This document shows positions 10,273-22,483 of a stretch of DNA of 64,000 nucleotides, piece after piece (the first letter of the stretch is position 1; the number at the start of each line of letters is the position of its first letter). The stretch is from Escherichia coli. GTDB lineage: Bacteria; Pseudomonadota; Gammaproteobacteria; Enterobacterales; Enterobacteriaceae. The stretch is taken from assembly GCF_022846255.1 (NCBI RefSeq), contig NZ_AP025682.1; one strand, given 5' to 3'. Under the pieces are notes generated by a model. That model saw nothing but the letters and a program-made list of their open reading frames with translations. It had not been told where the DNA came from and searched no databases. A program made the translations under genes and the position numbers.

Positions 10273-11394
10273 ATGTCAAAAGTCGCTCTCATCACCGGTG
10301 TAACCGGACAAGACGGTTCTTACCTGGCAGAGTTTCTGCTGGAAAAAGGTTACGAGGTGCATGGTATTAAGCGTCGCGCATCGTCATTCAACACCGAGCG
10401 CGTGGATCACATTTATCAGGATCCGCACACCTGCAACCCGAAATTCCATCTGCATTATGGCGACCTGAGTGATACCTCCAACCTGACGCGCATTTTGCGT
10501 GAAGTACAGCCGGATGAAGTGTACAACCTGGGGGCAATGAGCCACGTTGCGGTTTCTTTTGAGTCACCGGAATATACCGCAGACGTTGATGCGATGGGTA
10601 CGCTGCGTCTGCTGGAGGCGATCCGCTTCCTCGGTCTGGAAAAGAAAACCCGTTTCTATCAGGCTTCCACCTCTGAACTGTATGGTCTGGTGCAGGAAAT
10701 TCCGCAGAAAGAAACCACGCCGTTCTATCCACGCTCTCCGTATGCGGTCGCCAAACTGTACGCCTACTGGATCACCGTTAACTACCGCGAATCCTACGGC
10801 ATGTACGCCTGTAACGGTATTCTCTTCAACCATGAATCCCCGCGCCGCGGCGAAACCTTCGTTACCCGCAAAATCACCCGCGCAATCGCCAACATCGCCC
10901 AGGGGCTGGAATCGTGCCTGTACCTCGGCAATATGGATTCCCTGCGTGACTGGGGCCATGCCAAAGACTACGTAAAAATGCAGTGGATGATGCTGCAACA
11001 GGAACAACCGGAAGATTTCGTTATTGCCACCGGCGTTCAGTACTCCGTACGTCAGTTCGTGGAAATGGCGGCAGCACAACTGGGCATCAAACTGCGCTTT
11101 GAAGGTACGGGCGTTGAAGAGAAGGGCATTGTGGTTTCCGTCACCGGGCATGACGCGCCGGGCGTTAAACCGGGCGATGTAATTATCGCCGTTGACCCGC
11201 GTTACTTCCGTCCGGCTGAAGTTGAAACGCTGCTCGGCGACCCGACCAAAGCACACGAAAAGCTGGGCTGGAAACCGGAAATCACCCTCAGAGAAATGGT
11301 ATCTGAAATGGTGGCTAATGACCTTGAAGCAGCGAAAAAACACTCTCTGCTGAAATCTCACGGCTACGACGTGGCGATCGCGCTGGAGTCATAA
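10273..11394 (+). CDS. gmd: GDP-mannose 4,6-dehydratase
   Basis: 373 aa; SDR Rossmann motif [15 protein letters not shown]; operon position. Confidence 0.95.
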
Positions 11395-11396
11395 GC

Positions 11397-12362
11397 ATGA
11401 GTAAACAACGCATTTTTATCGCTGGCCATCGCGGGATGGTCGGTTCTGCCATCAGGCGGCAGCTCGAACAGCGCGGTGATGTGGAACTGGTATTACGCAC
11501 CCGCGACGAACTGAACCTGCTGGACAGCCGCGCGGTGCATGATTTCTTTGCCAGCGAGCGCATTGACCAGGTCTATCTGGCGGCGGCGAAAGTAGGCGGC
11601 ATTGTTGCCAACAACACATATCCGGCAGATTTCATCTACCAGAACATGATGATTGAGAGCAACATCATTCACGCCGCGCATCAGAACGACGTCAACAAAC
11701 TGCTGTTTCTCGGATCGTCCTGTATCTACCCAAAACTGGCAAAACAGCCGATGGTAGAAAGCGAGCTGTTACAGGGCACGCTGGAGCCGACCAACGAGCC
11801 ATACGCCATTGCCAAAATCGCCGGGATCAAACTGTGCGAATCTTACAACCGCCAGTACGGACGCGATTACCGCTCTGTCATGCCGACCAACCTGTACGGG
11901 CCGCACGACAACTTCCATCCGAGTAATTCGCATGTGATCCCTGCATTGCTGCGTCGCTTCCACGAGGCGACGGCACAGAATGCACCGGACGTGGTGGTGT
12001 GGGGCAGCGGTACACCGATGCGCGAATTTCTGCACGTCGATGATATGGCGGCGGCGAGCATTCATGTGATGGAGCTGGCGCACGAAGTCTGGCTGGAGAA
12101 CACCCAACCGATGCTGTCGCACATTAACGTCGGCACGGGCGTTGACTGCACTATCCGCGAGCTGGCGCAAACCATCGCCAAAGTGGTGGGTTACAAAGGT
12201 CGGGTGGTTTTTGATGCCAGTAAACCGGATGGTACGCCGCGCAAACTGCTGGATGTGACGCGGTTGCATCAGCTTGGCTGGTATCACGAAATTTCACTGG
12301 AAGCGGGGCTTGCCAGCACTTACCAGTGGTTCCTTGAGAATCAAGACCGCTTTCGGGGGTAA
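11397..12362 (+). CDS. fcl: GDP-L-fucose synthase
   Basis: 321 aa; N-terminal NAD(P)-binding motif [11 protein letters not shown]; immediately after gmd. Confidence 0.95.
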   Translation: MSKQRIFIAGHRGMVGSAIRRQLEQRGDVELVLRTRDELNLLDSRAVHDFFASERIDQVYLAAAKVGGIVANNTYPADFIYQNMMIESNIIHAAHQNDVNKLLFLGSSCIYPKLAKQPMVESELLQGTLEPTNEPYAIAKIAGIKLCESYNRQYGRDYRSVMPTNLYGPHDNFHPSNSHVIPALLRRFHEATAQNAPDVVVWGSGTPMREFLHVDDMAAASIHVMELAHEVWLENTQPMLSHINVGTGVDCTIRELAQTIAKVVGYKGRVVFDASKPDGTPRKLLDVTRLHQLGWYHEISLEAGLASTYQWFLENQDRFRG

Positions 12363-12844
12363 TGATGTTTTTACGTCAGGAAGACTTTGCCACGGTAGTG
12401 CGCTCCACACCGCTTGTCTCTCTCGACTTTATTGTTGAGAACAGTCGCGGCGAGTTTCTGCTTGGCAAAAGAACCAACCGCCCGGCGCAGGGTTACTGGT
12501 TTGTGCCGGGAGGGCGCGTGCAGAAAGACGAAACGCTGGAAGCCGCATTTGAGCGGCTGACGATGGCGGAACTGGGGCTGCGTCTGCCGATAACAGCAGG
12601 CCAGTTTTACGGTGTCTGGCAGCACTTTTATGACGATAACTTCTCCGGCACGGATTTTACCACTCACTATGTGGTGCTCGGTTTTCGCTTCAGAGTAGCG
12701 GAAGAAGAGCTGTTACTGCCGGATGAGCAGCATGACGATTACCGCTGGCTGACGCCGGACGCGTTGCTCGCCAGTAACGATGTTCACGCTAACAGCCGCG
12801 CCTATTTTCTCGCTGAGAAGCGTGCCGGAGTACCCGGATTATGA
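12362..12844 (+). CDS. gmm: GDP-mannose mannosyl hydrolase (Nudix)
   Basis: 159/160 aa; Nudix box [23 protein letters not shown]; the start may be the second ATG at 12365. Confidence 0.9.
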   Translation: MMFLRQEDFATVVRSTPLVSLDFIVENSRGEFLLGKRTNRPAQGYWFVPGGRVQKDETLEAAFERLTMAELGLRLPITAGQFYGVWQHFYDDNFSGTDFTTHYVVLGFRFRVAEEELLLPDEQHDDYRWLTPDALLASNDVHANSRAYFLAEKRAGVPGL

Positions 12845-14064
12845 AAATACTGGTCTACGGCATTAACTACTCGCCGGAGTTAACCGGCATCGGCAAATAC
12901 ACCGGAGAGATGGTTGAATGGCTGGCGGCGCAAGGTCATGAGGTGCGGGTTATTACCGCACCGCCTTACTACCCGCAGTGGCAGGTGGGCGAGAACTATT
13001 CCGCCTGGCGGTACAAACGGGAAGAGGGGGCCGCCACGGTGTGGCGCTGCCCGCTGTACGTGCCAAAACAGCCGAGCACCCTGAAACGCCTGTTGCATCT
13101 CGGCAGTTTTGCCGTCAGCAGTTTTTTCCCGTTGATGGCGCAACGTCGCTGGAAGCCGGATCGCATTATCGGCGTAGTGCCAACGCTGTTTTGCACGCCA
13201 GGAATGCGCCTGCTGGCGAAACTGTCTGGTGCGCGCACGGTGCTCCATATTCAGGATTACGAAGTGGACGCCATGCTGGGGCTGGGCCTTGCCGGAAAAG
13301 GTAAAGGCGGCAAAGTGGCACAGCTGGCAACGGCGTTCGAACGTAGCGGACTGCATAACGTCGATAACGTCTCCACGATTTCGCGTTCGATGATGAATAA
13401 AGCTATCGAAAAAGGCGTGGCGGCGGAAAACGTCATCTTCTTCCCCAATTGGTCGGAAATCGCCCGTTTTCAACATGTTGCAGACGCCGATGTTGACGCC
13501 CTTCGTAACCAGCTTGGCCTGCCGGATAACAAAAAAATCATTCTTTACTCCGGCAATATTGGTGAAAAGCAGGGACTGGAAAACGTTATTGAAGCTGCCG
13601 ATCGCCTGCGCGATGAACCGCTGATTTTTGCCATTGTCGGGCAGGGCGGCGGCAAAGCGCGGCTGGAAAAAATGGCGCAGCAGCGTGGACTGCGCAACAT
13701 GCAATTTTTTCCGCTGCAATCGTATGACGCTTTACCCGCACTGCTGAAGATGGGGGATTGCCATCTGGTGGTGCAAAAACGCGGCGCGGCAGATGCCGTA
13801 TTGCCGTCGAAACTGACCAATATTCTGGCGGTAGGCGGTAACGCGGTGATTACCGCAGAAGCCCACACAGAACTGGGGCAGCTTTGCGAAACCTTTCCGG
13901 GCATTGCGGTTTGCGTGGAACCGGAATCGGTCGAGGCGCTGGTGGCGGGGATTCGTCAGGCGTTCCTGCTGCCCAAACACAACACGGTGGCACGTGAATA
14001 TGCCGAACGCACGCTCGATAAAGAGAACGTGTTACGTCAATTTATAAATGATATTCGGGGATAA
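12841..14064 (+). CDS. wcaI: Colanic acid glycosyltransferase (GT4)
   Basis: 407 aa; 4-bp overlap with gmm; operon position. Confidence 0.9.
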   Translation: MKILVYGINYSPELTGIGKYTGEMVEWLAAQGHEVRVITAPPYYPQWQVGENYSAWRYKREEGAATVWRCPLYVPKQPSTLKRLLHLGSFAVSSFFPLMAQRRWKPDRIIGVVPTLFCTPGMRLLAKLSGARTVLHIQDYEVDAMLGLGLAGKGKGGKVAQLATAFERSGLHNVDNVSTISRSMMNKAIEKGVAAENVIFFPNWSEIARFQHVADADVDALRNQLGLPDNKKIILYSGNIGEKQGLENVIEAADRLRDEPLIFAIVGQGGGKARLEKMAQQRGLRNMQFFPLQSYDALPALLKMGDCHLVVQKRGAADAVLPSKLTNILAVGGNAVITAEAHTELGQLCETFPGIAVCVEPESVEALVAGIRQAFLLPKHNTVAREYAERTLDKENVLRQFINDIRG

Positions 14065-14066
14065 TT

Positions 14067-15503
14067 ATGGCGCAGTCGAAACTCTATCCAGTTGTGATGG
14101 CAGGTGGCTCCGGTAGCCGCTTATGGCCGCTTTCCCGCGTACTTTACCCCAAGCAGTTTTTATGCCTGAAAGGCGATCTCACCATGCTGCAAACCACCAT
14201 CTGCCGCCTGAACGGCGTGGAGTGCGAAAGCCCGGTGGTGATTTGCAATGAGCAGCACCGCTTTATTGTCGCGGAACAGCTGCGTCAACTGAATAAACTC
14301 ACCGAGAACATTATTCTCGAACCGGCAGGGCGTAACACTGCACCGGCCATTGCGCTGGCGGCGCTGGCGGCAAAACGTCATAGCCCGGAGAGCGACCCGT
14401 TAATGCTGGTCTTGGCGGCGGATCATGTGATTGCCGACGAAGACGCGTTCCGTGCCGCCGTGCGTAATGCCATGCCGTATGCCGAAGCGGGTAAGCTGGT
14501 CACCTTCGGCATTGTGCCGGATCTACCTGAAACCGGATATGGCTATATTCGTCGCGGTGAAGTGTCGGCGGGCGAGCAGGATACGGTGGCCTTTGAAGTG
14601 GCGCAGTTTGTCGAAAAACCGAATCTGGAAACCGCTCAGGCCTATGTGGCAAGCGGCGAATATTACTGGAACAGCGGTATGTTCCTGTTCCGTGCCGGAC
14701 GCTATCTCGAAGAACTGAAAAAATATCGCCCGGATATTCTCGATGCCTGCGAAAAAGCGATGAGCGCCGTCGATCCGGATCTCGATTTTATTCGTGTGGA
14801 TGAAGAAGCGTTTCTGGCCTGCCCGGAAGAGTCGGTGGATTACGCGGTCATGGAACGCACGGCAGATGCCGTTGTGGTGCCGATGGATGCAGGCTGGAGC
14901 GATGTCGGCTCCTGGTCCTCTTTATGGGAGATCAGCGCCCACACCGCCGAGGGCAACGTTTGCCATGGCGATGTGATTAATCACAAAACTGAAAACAGCT
15001 ATGTGTATGCCGAATCTGGCCTGGTCACCACCGTCGGGGTGAAAGATTTGGTGGTAGTGCAGACCAAAGATGCGGTGCTGATTGCCGACCGTAATGCGGT
15101 GCAGGATGTGAAAAAAGTGGTCGAGCAGATCAAAGCTGATGGTCGCCATGAGCATCGGGTGCATCGCGAAGTGTATCGTCCGTGGGGCAAATATGACTCT
15201 ATCGACGCGGGCGACCGCTATCAGGTGAAACGCATCACCGTGAAACCGGGCGAAGGCTTGTCAGTACAGATGCACCATCACCGCGCGGAACACTGGGTAG
15301 TGGTCGCGGGAACGGCAAAAGTCACTATTGACGGTGATATCAAACTGCTTGGTGAAAACGAGTCCATTTATATTCCGCTGGGGGCGACGCACTGCCTGGA
15401 AAACCCGGGGAAAATTCCGCTCGATTTAATTGAAGTGCGCTCCGGCTCTTATCTCGAAGAGGATGATGTGGTGCGCTTCGCGGATCGCTACGGACGGGTG
15501 TAG
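14067..15503 (+). CDS. cpsB: Mannose-1-phosphate guanylyltransferase
   Basis: 478 aa; N-terminal nucleotidyltransferase motif [17 protein letters not shown]-terminal cupin domain. Confidence 0.95.
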   Translation: MAQSKLYPVVMAGGSGSRLWPLSRVLYPKQFLCLKGDLTMLQTTICRLNGVECESPVVICNEQHRFIVAEQLRQLNKLTENIILEPAGRNTAPAIALAALAAKRHSPESDPLMLVLAADHVIADEDAFRAAVRNAMPYAEAGKLVTFGIVPDLPETGYGYIRRGEVSAGEQDTVAFEVAQFVEKPNLETAQAYVASGEYYWNSGMFLFRAGRYLEELKKYRPDILDACEKAMSAVDPDLDFIRVDEEAFLACPEESVDYAVMERTADAVVVPMDAGWSDVGSWSSLWEISAHTAEGNVCHGDVINHKTENSYVYAESGLVTTVGVKDLVVVQTKDAVLIADRNAVQDVKKVVEQIKADGRHEHRVHREVYRPWGKYDSIDAGDRYQVKRITVKPGEGLSVQMHHHRAEHWVVVAGTAKVTIDGDIKLLGENESIYIPLGATHCLENPGKIPLDLIEVRSGSYLEEDDVVRFADRYGRV

Positions 15504-15603
15504 CCGTTGAATAATCAACCGGATTAATTCTCCGGTAAATAACGAAAAAACAAAATTGGCCGTTTCGGTCAGGGCCAACTATTGCCTGAAAAAGGGTAAC
15601 GAC

Positions 15604-16974
15604 ATGAAAAAATTAACCTGCTTTAAAGCCTATGATATTCGCGGGAAATTAGGCGAAGAACTGAATGAAGATATCGCCTGGCGCATTGGTCGCGCCTATG
15701 GCGAATTTCTCAAACCGAAAACCATTGTGTTAGGCTGTGATGTCCGCCTCACCAGCGAAACCTTAAAACTGGCGCTGGCGAAAGGTTTACAGGATGCGGG
15801 CGTCGATGTGCTGGATATTGGCATGTCCGGCACCGAAGAGATCTATTTCGCCACGTTCCATCTCGGCGTGGATGGTGGCATTGAAGTTACCGCCAGCCAT
15901 AACCCGATGGATTACAACGGCATGAAGCTGGTGCGCGAGGGGGCCCGCCCGATCAGCGGTGATACCGGACTGCGCGATGTCCAGCGTCTGGCAGAAGCCA
16001 ACGACTTCCCTCCCGTTGATGAAACCAAACGCGGTCGCTATCAGCAAATCAATCTGCGTGACGCTTACGTTGATCACCTGTTCGGTTATATCAACGTCAA
16101 AAACCTCACGCCGCTCAAGCTGGTGATCAACTCCGGGAACGGCGCAGCGGGTCCGGTGGTGGACGCCATCGAAGCCCGCTTTAACGCCCTCGGCGCACCT
16201 GTGGAATTGATCAAAGTGCACAACACGCCGGACGGCAATTTCCCCAACGGTATTCCTAACCCGCTGCTGCCAGAATGTCGCGACGACACTCGCAATGCGG
16301 TCATTAAACACGGCGCGGATATGGGCATTGCCTTTGATGGCGATTTTGACCGCTGTTTCCTGTTTGACGAAAAAGGGCAGTTTATCGAGGGTTACTACAT
16401 TGTCGGTTTGCTGGCAGAAGCGTTCCTCGAAAAAAATCCCGGCGCGAAGATCATCCACGATCCACGTCTCTCCTGGAACACCGTTGATGTGGTGACTGCC
16501 GCAGGTGGCACGCCGGTAATGTCGAAAACCGGACACGCCTTTATTAAAGAACGTATGCGCAAGGAAGACGCCATCTACGGTGGCGAAATGAGCGCCCACC
16601 ATTACTTCCGTGATTTCGCTTACTGCGACAGCGGCATGATCCCATGGCTGCTGGTGGCCGAACTGGTGTGCCTGAAAGGAAAAACGCTGGGCGAACTGGT
16701 GCGCGACCGGATGGCAGCGTTTCCGGCAAGCGGTGAGATCAACAGCAAACTGGCGCAACCCGTTGAGGCGATTAACCGCGTCGAACAGCATTTTAGCCGT
16801 GAGGCGCTGGCGGTGGATCGCACCGATGGCATCAGTATGACCTTTGCCGACTGGCGCTTTAATCTGCGCTCCTCCAACACCGAACCGGTGGTGCGGTTGA
16901 ATGTGGAATCGCGCGGTGACGTGCCGCTGATGGAAGCGCGAACGCGAACTCTGCTGACGTTGCTGAACGAGTAA
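15604..16974 (+). CDS. cpsG: Phosphomannomutase
   Basis: Start taken at the ATG at 15604 ([14 protein letters not shown]...), giving 456 aa; phosphohexomutase active-site motif TASHNP. Confidence 0.93.
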   Translation: MKKLTCFKAYDIRGKLGEELNEDIAWRIGRAYGEFLKPKTIVLGCDVRLTSETLKLALAKGLQDAGVDVLDIGMSGTEEIYFATFHLGVDGGIEVTASHNPMDYNGMKLVREGARPISGDTGLRDVQRLAEANDFPPVDETKRGRYQQINLRDAYVDHLFGYINVKNLTPLKLVINSGNGAAGPVVDAIEARFNALGAPVELIKVHNTPDGNFPNGIPNPLLPECRDDTRNAVIKHGADMGIAFDGDFDRCFLFDEKGQFIEGYYIVGLLAEAFLEKNPGAKIIHDPRLSWNTVDVVTAAGGTPVMSKTGHAFIKERMRKEDAIYGGEMSAHHYFRDFAYCDSGMIPWLLVAELVCLKGKTLGELVRDRMAAFPASGEINSKLAQPVEAINRVEQHFSREALAVDRTDGISMTFADWRFNLRSSNTEPVVRLNVESRGDVPLMEARTRTLLTLLNE

Positions 16975-17028
16975 TGTCGGATCTTCCCTTACCCCACTGC
17001 GGGTAAGGGGCTAATAACAGGAACAACG

Positions 17029-18423
17029 ATGACAAATCTAAAAAAGCGCGAGCGAGCGAAAACCAATGCATCGTTAATCTCTATGGTGCAACGCTTTTCA
17101 GATATCACCATCATGTTTGCCGGACTATGGCTGGTTTGCGAAGTGAGCGGACTGTCATTCCTCTACATGCACCTGTTGGTGGCGCTGATTACGCTGGTGG
17201 TGTTCCAGATGCTGGGCGGCATCACCGATTTTTATCGCTCATGGCGCGGTGTTCGGGCATCGACAGAATTTGCTCTGTTGCTACAAAACTGGACGTTAAG
17301 CGTGATTTTCAGCGCCGGACTGGTGGCGTTTAACAATGATTTCGACACGCAACTGAAAATCTGGCTGGCGTGGTATGGACTGACCAGCATCGGACTGGTG
17401 GTTTGCCGTTCGTGTATTCGCATTGGGGCGGGCTGGCTGCGTAATCATGGCTATAACAAACGCATGGTCGCCGTAGCGGGGGATTTAGCCGCCGGACAAA
17501 TGCTGATGGAAAGCTTCCGTAATCAGCCGTGGTTAGGGTTTGAAGTGGTGGGCGTTTACCACGACCCGAAACCGGGCGGCGTTTCTAACGACTGGGCGGG
17601 CAATCTGCAACAACTGGTCGAGGATGCGAAAGCGGGCAAGATTCATAACGTCTATATCGCGATGCAGATGTGCGACGGCGCGCGAGTGAAAAAACTGGTC
17701 CATCAACTGGCGGACACCACCTGTTCGGTGCTGCTGATCCCCGATGTCTTTACCTTCAACATTCTCCATTCCCGTCTCGAAGAGATGAACGGCGTACCGG
17801 TGGTGCCGCTGTATGACACGCCGCTTTCCGGGGTTAACCGCCTGCTAAAACGTGCGGAAGATATTGTGCTGGCGACGCTTATTCTGCTGCTGATCTCCCC
17901 GGTGCTGTGCTGTATTGCGCTGGCGGTAAAACTCAGTTCACCAGGACCGGTTATTTTCCGCCAGACTCGCTATGGCATGGATGGCAAGCCGATCAAAGTG
18001 TGGAAGTTCCGTTCGATGAAAGTGATGGAGAACGACAAAGTGGTGACCCAGGCGACGCAGAACGATCCGCGCGTCACCAAAGTGGGGAACTTTCTGCGCC
18101 GCACCTCGCTGGATGAATTGCCGCAGTTTATCAATGTGCTGACCGGGGGGATGTCGATTGTCGGTCCACGTCCGCACGCGGTGGCGCATAACGAACAGTA
18201 TCGCCAGCTCATTGAAGGCTACATGCTGCGCCATAAAGTGAAACCGGGCATTACCGGTTGGGCGCAGATTAACGGCTGGCGCGGCGAAACCGACACGCTG
18301 GAGAAAATGGAAAAACGCGTCGAGTTCGACCTTGAGTACATCCGCGAATGGAGCGTCTGGTTCGATATCAAAATCGTTTTCCTGACGGTATTCAAGGGCT
18401 TCGTTAACAAAGCGGCATATTGA
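17029..18423 (+). CDS. wcaJ: UDP-glucose:undecaprenyl-phosphate glucose-1-phosphate transferase
   Basis: 464 aa; N-terminal transmembrane segments plus C-terminal bacterial sugar-transferase domain (PGITGWAQINGWRGETD). Confidence 0.93.
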   Translation: MTNLKKRERAKTNASLISMVQRFSDITIMFAGLWLVCEVSGLSFLYMHLLVALITLVVFQMLGGITDFYRSWRGVRASTEFALLLQNWTLSVIFSAGLVAFNNDFDTQLKIWLAWYGLTSIGLVVCRSCIRIGAGWLRNHGYNKRMVAVAGDLAAGQMLMESFRNQPWLGFEVVGVYHDPKPGGVSNDWAGNLQQLVEDAKAGKIHNVYIAMQMCDGARVKKLVHQLADTTCSVLLIPDVFTFNILHSRLEEMNGVPVVPLYDTPLSGVNRLLKRAEDIVLATLILLLISPVLCCIALAVKLSSPGPVIFRQTRYGMDGKPIKVWKFRSMKVMENDKVVTQATQNDPRVTKVGNFLRRTSLDELPQFINVLTGGMSIVGPRPHAVAHNEQYRQLIEGYMLRHKVKPGITGWAQINGWRGETDTLEKMEKRVEFDLEYIREWSVWFDIKIVFLTVFKGFVNKAAY

Positions 18424-18424
18424 T

Positions 18425-19903
18425 ATGAGCTTACGTGAAAAAACCATCAGCGGCGCGAAGTGGTCGGCGATTGCCACGGTGATCATCATCGGCCTCGGGC
18501 TGGTGCAAATGACCGTGCTGGCGCGGATTATCGACAACCACCAGTTCGGTTTGCTGACTGTGTCGCTGGTGATTATCGCGTTGGCAGATACACTTTCTGA
18601 CTTCGGTATCGCTAACTCGATTATTCAGCGAAAAGAAATCAGCCACCTTGAACTCACCACGCTGTACTGGCTGAACGTTGGGCTGGGGCTTGTGGTGTGC
18701 GTGGCGGTGTTTTTGTTGAGTGATCTCATCGGTGACGTGCTGAATAACCCGGACCTGGCACCGTTGATTAAAACATTGTCGCTGGCGTTTGTGGTGATCC
18801 CCCACGGGCAGCAGTTCCGCGCGTTGATGCAAAAAGAGCTGGAGTTCAACAAAATCGGCATGATCGAAACCAGCGCGGTGCTGGCGGGCTTCACTTTTAC
18901 GGTGGTTAGCGCCCATTTCTGGCCACTGGCGATGACCGCGATCCTCGGTTATCTGGTCAATAGTGCGGTAAGAACGCTGCTGTTTGGCTACTTTGGTCGC
19001 AAAATTTATCGCCCCGGTCTGCATTTCTCGCTGGCGTCGGTGGCACCGAACTTACGCTTTGGTGCCTGGCTGACGGCGGACAGCATCATCAACTATCTCA
19101 ATACCAACCTTTCAACGCTGGTGCTGGCGCGTATTCTCGGCGCGGGCGTGGCAGGGGGATACAACCTGGCGTACAACGTGGCCGTTGTGCCGCCGATGAA
19201 GCTGAACCCAATCATCACCCGCGTGTTGTTTCCGGCATTTGCCAAAATTCAGGACGACACCGAAAAGCTGCGCGTTAACTTCTACAAGCTGCTGTCGGTA
19301 GTGGGGATTATCAACTTTCCGGCGCTGCTGGGGCTGATGGTGGTGTCGAATAACTTTGTACCGCTGGTCTTTGGTGAGAAGTGGAACAGCATTATTCCGG
19401 TGCTGCAATTGCTGTGTGTGGTGGGGCTGCTGCGCTCAGTGGGGAACCCGATTGGTTCGCTGCTGATGGCGAAAGCGCGGGTCGATATCAGCTTTAAATT
19501 CAACGTATTCAAAACCTTTCTGTTTATTCCGGCGATTGTTATTGGTGGGCAGATGGCGGGCGCAATCGGCGTCACGCTTGGCTTCCTGCTGGTGCAGATT
19601 ATCAACACCATTCTGAGCTATTTCGTGATGATTAAACCGGTTCTTGGTTCCAGTTATCGCCAGTACATCCTGAGTTTGTGGCTGCCGTTTTACCTCTCGC
19701 TGCCGACGCTGGTGGTTAGTTCTGCGCTGGGCATTGTGCTGAAAGGGCAACTGGCGCTGGGGATGCTGCTGGCGGTGCAAATAACCGCGGGCGTGCTGGC
19801 GTTTGTGGTGATGATTGTGCTGTCACGCCATCCGCTGGTAGTGGAAGTGAAGCGTCAGTTTTGTCGCAGCGAAAAAATGAAAATGCTTTTACGGGCGGGG
19901 TGA
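18425..19903 (+). CDS. wzxC: Colanic acid repeat-unit flippase (MOP/Wzx family)
   Basis: 492 aa polytopic membrane protein; operon position. Confidence 0.9.
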   Translation: MSLREKTISGAKWSAIATVIIIGLGLVQMTVLARIIDNHQFGLLTVSLVIIALADTLSDFGIANSIIQRKEISHLELTTLYWLNVGLGLVVCVAVFLLSDLIGDVLNNPDLAPLIKTLSLAFVVIPHGQQFRALMQKELEFNKIGMIETSAVLAGFTFTVVSAHFWPLAMTAILGYLVNSAVRTLLFGYFGRKIYRPGLHFSLASVAPNLRFGAWLTADSIINYLNTNLSTLVLARILGAGVAGGYNLAYNVAVVPPMKLNPIITRVLFPAFAKIQDDTEKLRVNFYKLLSVVGIINFPALLGLMVVSNNFVPLVFGEKWNSIIPVLQLLCVVGLLRSVGNPIGSLLMAKARVDISFKFNVFKTFLFIPAIVIGGQMAGAIGVTLGFLLVQIINTILSYFVMIKPVLGSSYRQYILSLWLPFYLSLPTLVVSSALGIVLKGQLALGMLLAVQITAGVLAFVVMIVLSRHPLVVEVKRQFCRSEKMKMLLRAG

Positions 19904-19975
19904 ATGGCTGTTTTCGGTTCCGGCAACGAACACAACAAACATAGCCTCACCTGGCATCAAATTTATGAGGAAAAA

Positions 19976-21256
19976 ATGAAATTACTTATTCTGGGCAACC
20001 ACACTTGCGGCAATCGCGGCGACAGCGCCATCTTGCGCGGCTTACTTGATGCCATCAACATCCTCAATCCACACGCCGAAGTGGACGTGATGAGTCGCTA
20101 TCCGGTCAGTTCTTCCTGGCTGCTCAACCGTCCGGTAATGGGCGATCCGCTGTTCCTGCAAATGAAACAACACAACAGCGCGGCGGGCGTGGTTGGGCGC
20201 GTTAAAAAAGTTCTCCGTCGCCGCTACCAGCACCAGGTATTGCTCTCACGCGTCACCGACACTGGCAAGCTGCGTAATATCGCCATCGCCCAGGGATTCA
20301 CCGACTTCGTGCGCCTGCTGTCAGGTTACGACGCCATTATTCAGGTCGGCGGATCGTTTTTTGTCGATCTCTACGGCGTTCCGCAGTTTGAACATGCGCT
20401 TTGCACGTTTATGGCGAAAAAGCCGCTGTTTATGATTGGTCACAGCGTCGGCCCGTTCCAGGATGAGCAATTTAACCAACTGGCGAACTACGTATTCGGT
20501 CACTGCGACGCGCTGATCCTGCGCGAATCGGTCAGCCTTGAACTGATGAAACGCAGCAATATCACCACCGCAAAAGTCGAACATGGCGTCGATACCGCGT
20601 GGCTGGTCGATCACCACACCGAAGACTTCACCGCCAGCTATGCCGTTCAACACTGGCTGGACGTTGCCGCACAACAGAAAACGGTGGCCATTACCCTGCG
20701 CGAACTGGCACCGTTTGACAAACGTCTCGGCACCACCCAACAAGCGTATGAAAAAGCCTTTGCCGGGGTGGTCAATCGCATTCTCGATGAAGGGTATCAG
20801 GTGATTGCGCTCTCCACCTGTACGGGCATCGACAGCTATAACAAAGACGACCGCATGGTGGCGCTCAATCTGCGCCAGCACATCAGCGATCCTGCCCGTT
20901 ACCACGTAGTGATGGATGAACTCAACGATCTGGAAATGGGCAAAATTCTCGGTGCCTGTGAACTCACCGTTGGTACGCGCCTGCACTCTGCCATTATCTC
21001 GATGAACTTTGCCACTCCGGCGATTGCCATCAACTACGAACATAAATCCGCCGGGATCATGCAACAACTGGGGCTACCAGAGATGGCAATTGATATCCGT
21101 CATTTATTAGACGGCAGCCTGCAAGCGATGGTTGCGGATACCTTAGGTCAGCTTCCGGCGCTGAACGCACGACTTAACGAAGCTGTCAGTCGCGAACGTC
21201 AGACGGGAATGCAGATGGTGAAATCTGTGCTTGAACGCATCGGGGAGGCAAAATGA
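19976..21256 (+). CDS. wcaK: Colanic acid pyruvyl transferase
   Basis: Start taken at the ATG at 19976 (MKLLILGNHTCGNRGDSAILRGL...), giving 426 aa. Confidence 0.88.
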   Translation: MKLLILGNHTCGNRGDSAILRGLLDAINILNPHAEVDVMSRYPVSSSWLLNRPVMGDPLFLQMKQHNSAAGVVGRVKKVLRRRYQHQVLLSRVTDTGKLRNIAIAQGFTDFVRLLSGYDAIIQVGGSFFVDLYGVPQFEHALCTFMAKKPLFMIGHSVGPFQDEQFNQLANYVFGHCDALILRESVSLELMKRSNITTAKVEHGVDTAWLVDHHTEDFTASYAVQHWLDVAAQQKTVAITLRELAPFDKRLGTTQQAYEKAFAGVVNRILDEGYQVIALSTCTGIDSYNKDDRMVALNLRQHISDPARYHVVMDELNDLEMGKILGACELTVGTRLHSAIISMNFATPAIAINYEHKSAGIMQQLGLPEMAIDIRHLLDGSLQAMVADTLGQLPALNARLNEAVSRERQTGMQMVKSVLERIGEAK

Positions 21257-22473
21257 AGGTCGGCTTCTTTTTACTGAAATTTCCGTTGTCGTCGGAAACC
21301 TTCGTCCTCAATCAAATTACCGCGTTTATTGATATGGGCTTTGAAGTGGAGATTGTCGCGCTGCAAAAAGGCGACACACAAAACACCCACGCGGCATGGA
21401 CGAAATACAACCTTGCCGCCAGAACCCGCTGGTTACAGGACGAACCTGCGGGCAAAGTGGCGAAACTGCGCCACCGCGCCAGCCAGACCTTACGCGGCAT
21501 TCATCGTAAAAATACCTGGCAGGCGCTCAACCTCAAACGCTATGGTGCTGAGTCGCGGAACCTGATTTTGTCTGCCATTTGCGGTAAGGTCGCAACACCG
21601 TTTCATGCCGATGTCTTTATCGCTCATTTTGGCCCTGCGGGGGTAACCGCAGCAAAACTACGCGAACTGGGTGTCATTCGCGGCAAAATTGCCACTATCT
21701 TCCACGGTATTGATATCTCCAGTCGGGAGGTGCTCAACCACTACACTCCCGAATATCAGCAACTGTTCCGCCGTGGCGACCTGATGCTACCGATCAGCGA
21801 TCTGTGGGCCGGAAGGCTGCAAAAAATGGGATGCCCGAGGGAAAAAATCGCCGTATCGCGCATGGGCGTGGACATGACGCGCTTTAGCCCGCGTCCGGTG
21901 AAAGCGCCCGCAACACCGCTGGAAATCATTTCCGTCGCACGCTTAACCGAGAAAAAAGGCCTGCATGTGGCGATTGAAGCCTGCCGTCAGTTGAAAGAGC
22001 AGGGCGTGGCATTTCGCTATCGCATCCTCGGCATTGGTCCGTGGGAACGACGCCTGCGCACCCTCATCGAACAATATCAACTGGAAGATGTGGTGGAGAT
22101 GCCGGGCTTTAAACCGAGCCACGAAGTGAAAGCGATGCTAGACGACGCGGATGTCTTCCTGTTGCCATCGGTTACAGGTGCGGATGGCGATATGGAAGGT
22201 ATTCCGGTGGCGCTGATGGAAGCGATGGCGGTCGGTATTCCGGTGGTTTCTACTCTGCATAGCGGAATTCCTGAACTGGTGGAGGCCGATAAATCCGGCT
22301 GGTTGGTGCCTGAGAACGATGCTCGCGCACTGGCGCAACGACTGGCGGCGTTTAGCCAACTGGACACCGACGAACTGGCTCCGGTCGTCAAACGTGCTCG
22401 CGAAAAAGTCGAACACGATTTTAACCAGCAGGTGATCAATCGAGAACTCGCCAGCTTGCTGCAGGCTTTATAG
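21253..22473 (+). CDS. wcaL: Colanic acid glycosyltransferase (GT4)
   Basis: 406 aa; 4-bp overlap with wcaK; GT4-type C-terminal [20 protein letters not shown]. Confidence 0.9.
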   Translation: MKVGFFLLKFPLSSETFVLNQITAFIDMGFEVEIVALQKGDTQNTHAAWTKYNLAARTRWLQDEPAGKVAKLRHRASQTLRGIHRKNTWQALNLKRYGAESRNLILSAICGKVATPFHADVFIAHFGPAGVTAAKLRELGVIRGKIATIFHGIDISSREVLNHYTPEYQQLFRRGDLMLPISDLWAGRLQKMGCPREKIAVSRMGVDMTRFSPRPVKAPATPLEIISVARLTEKKGLHVAIEACRQLKEQGVAFRYRILGIGPWERRLRTLIEQYQLEDVVEMPGFKPSHEVKAMLDDADVFLLPSVTGADGDMEGIPVALMEAMAVGIPVVSTLHSGIPELVEADKSGWLVPENDARALAQRLAAFSQLDTDELAPVVKRAREKVEHDFNQQVINRELASLLQAL

Positions 22474-22483
22474 AGGAGAACGC

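Noticed and set aside
10564-11361. 265-aa minus-strand ORF inside gmd
   Set aside because: Antisense shadow ORF; gmd on the plus strand has clear SDR motifs.
12880-13719. 279-aa minus-strand ORF inside wcaI
   Set aside because: Antisense shadow ORF within the cps operon.
15787-16791. 334-aa minus-strand ORF inside cpsG
   Set aside because: Antisense to the phosphomannomutase gene; no start context or recognisable motifs.
20321-21067. 248-aa minus-strand ORF inside wcaK
   Set aside because: Antisense shadow ORF.
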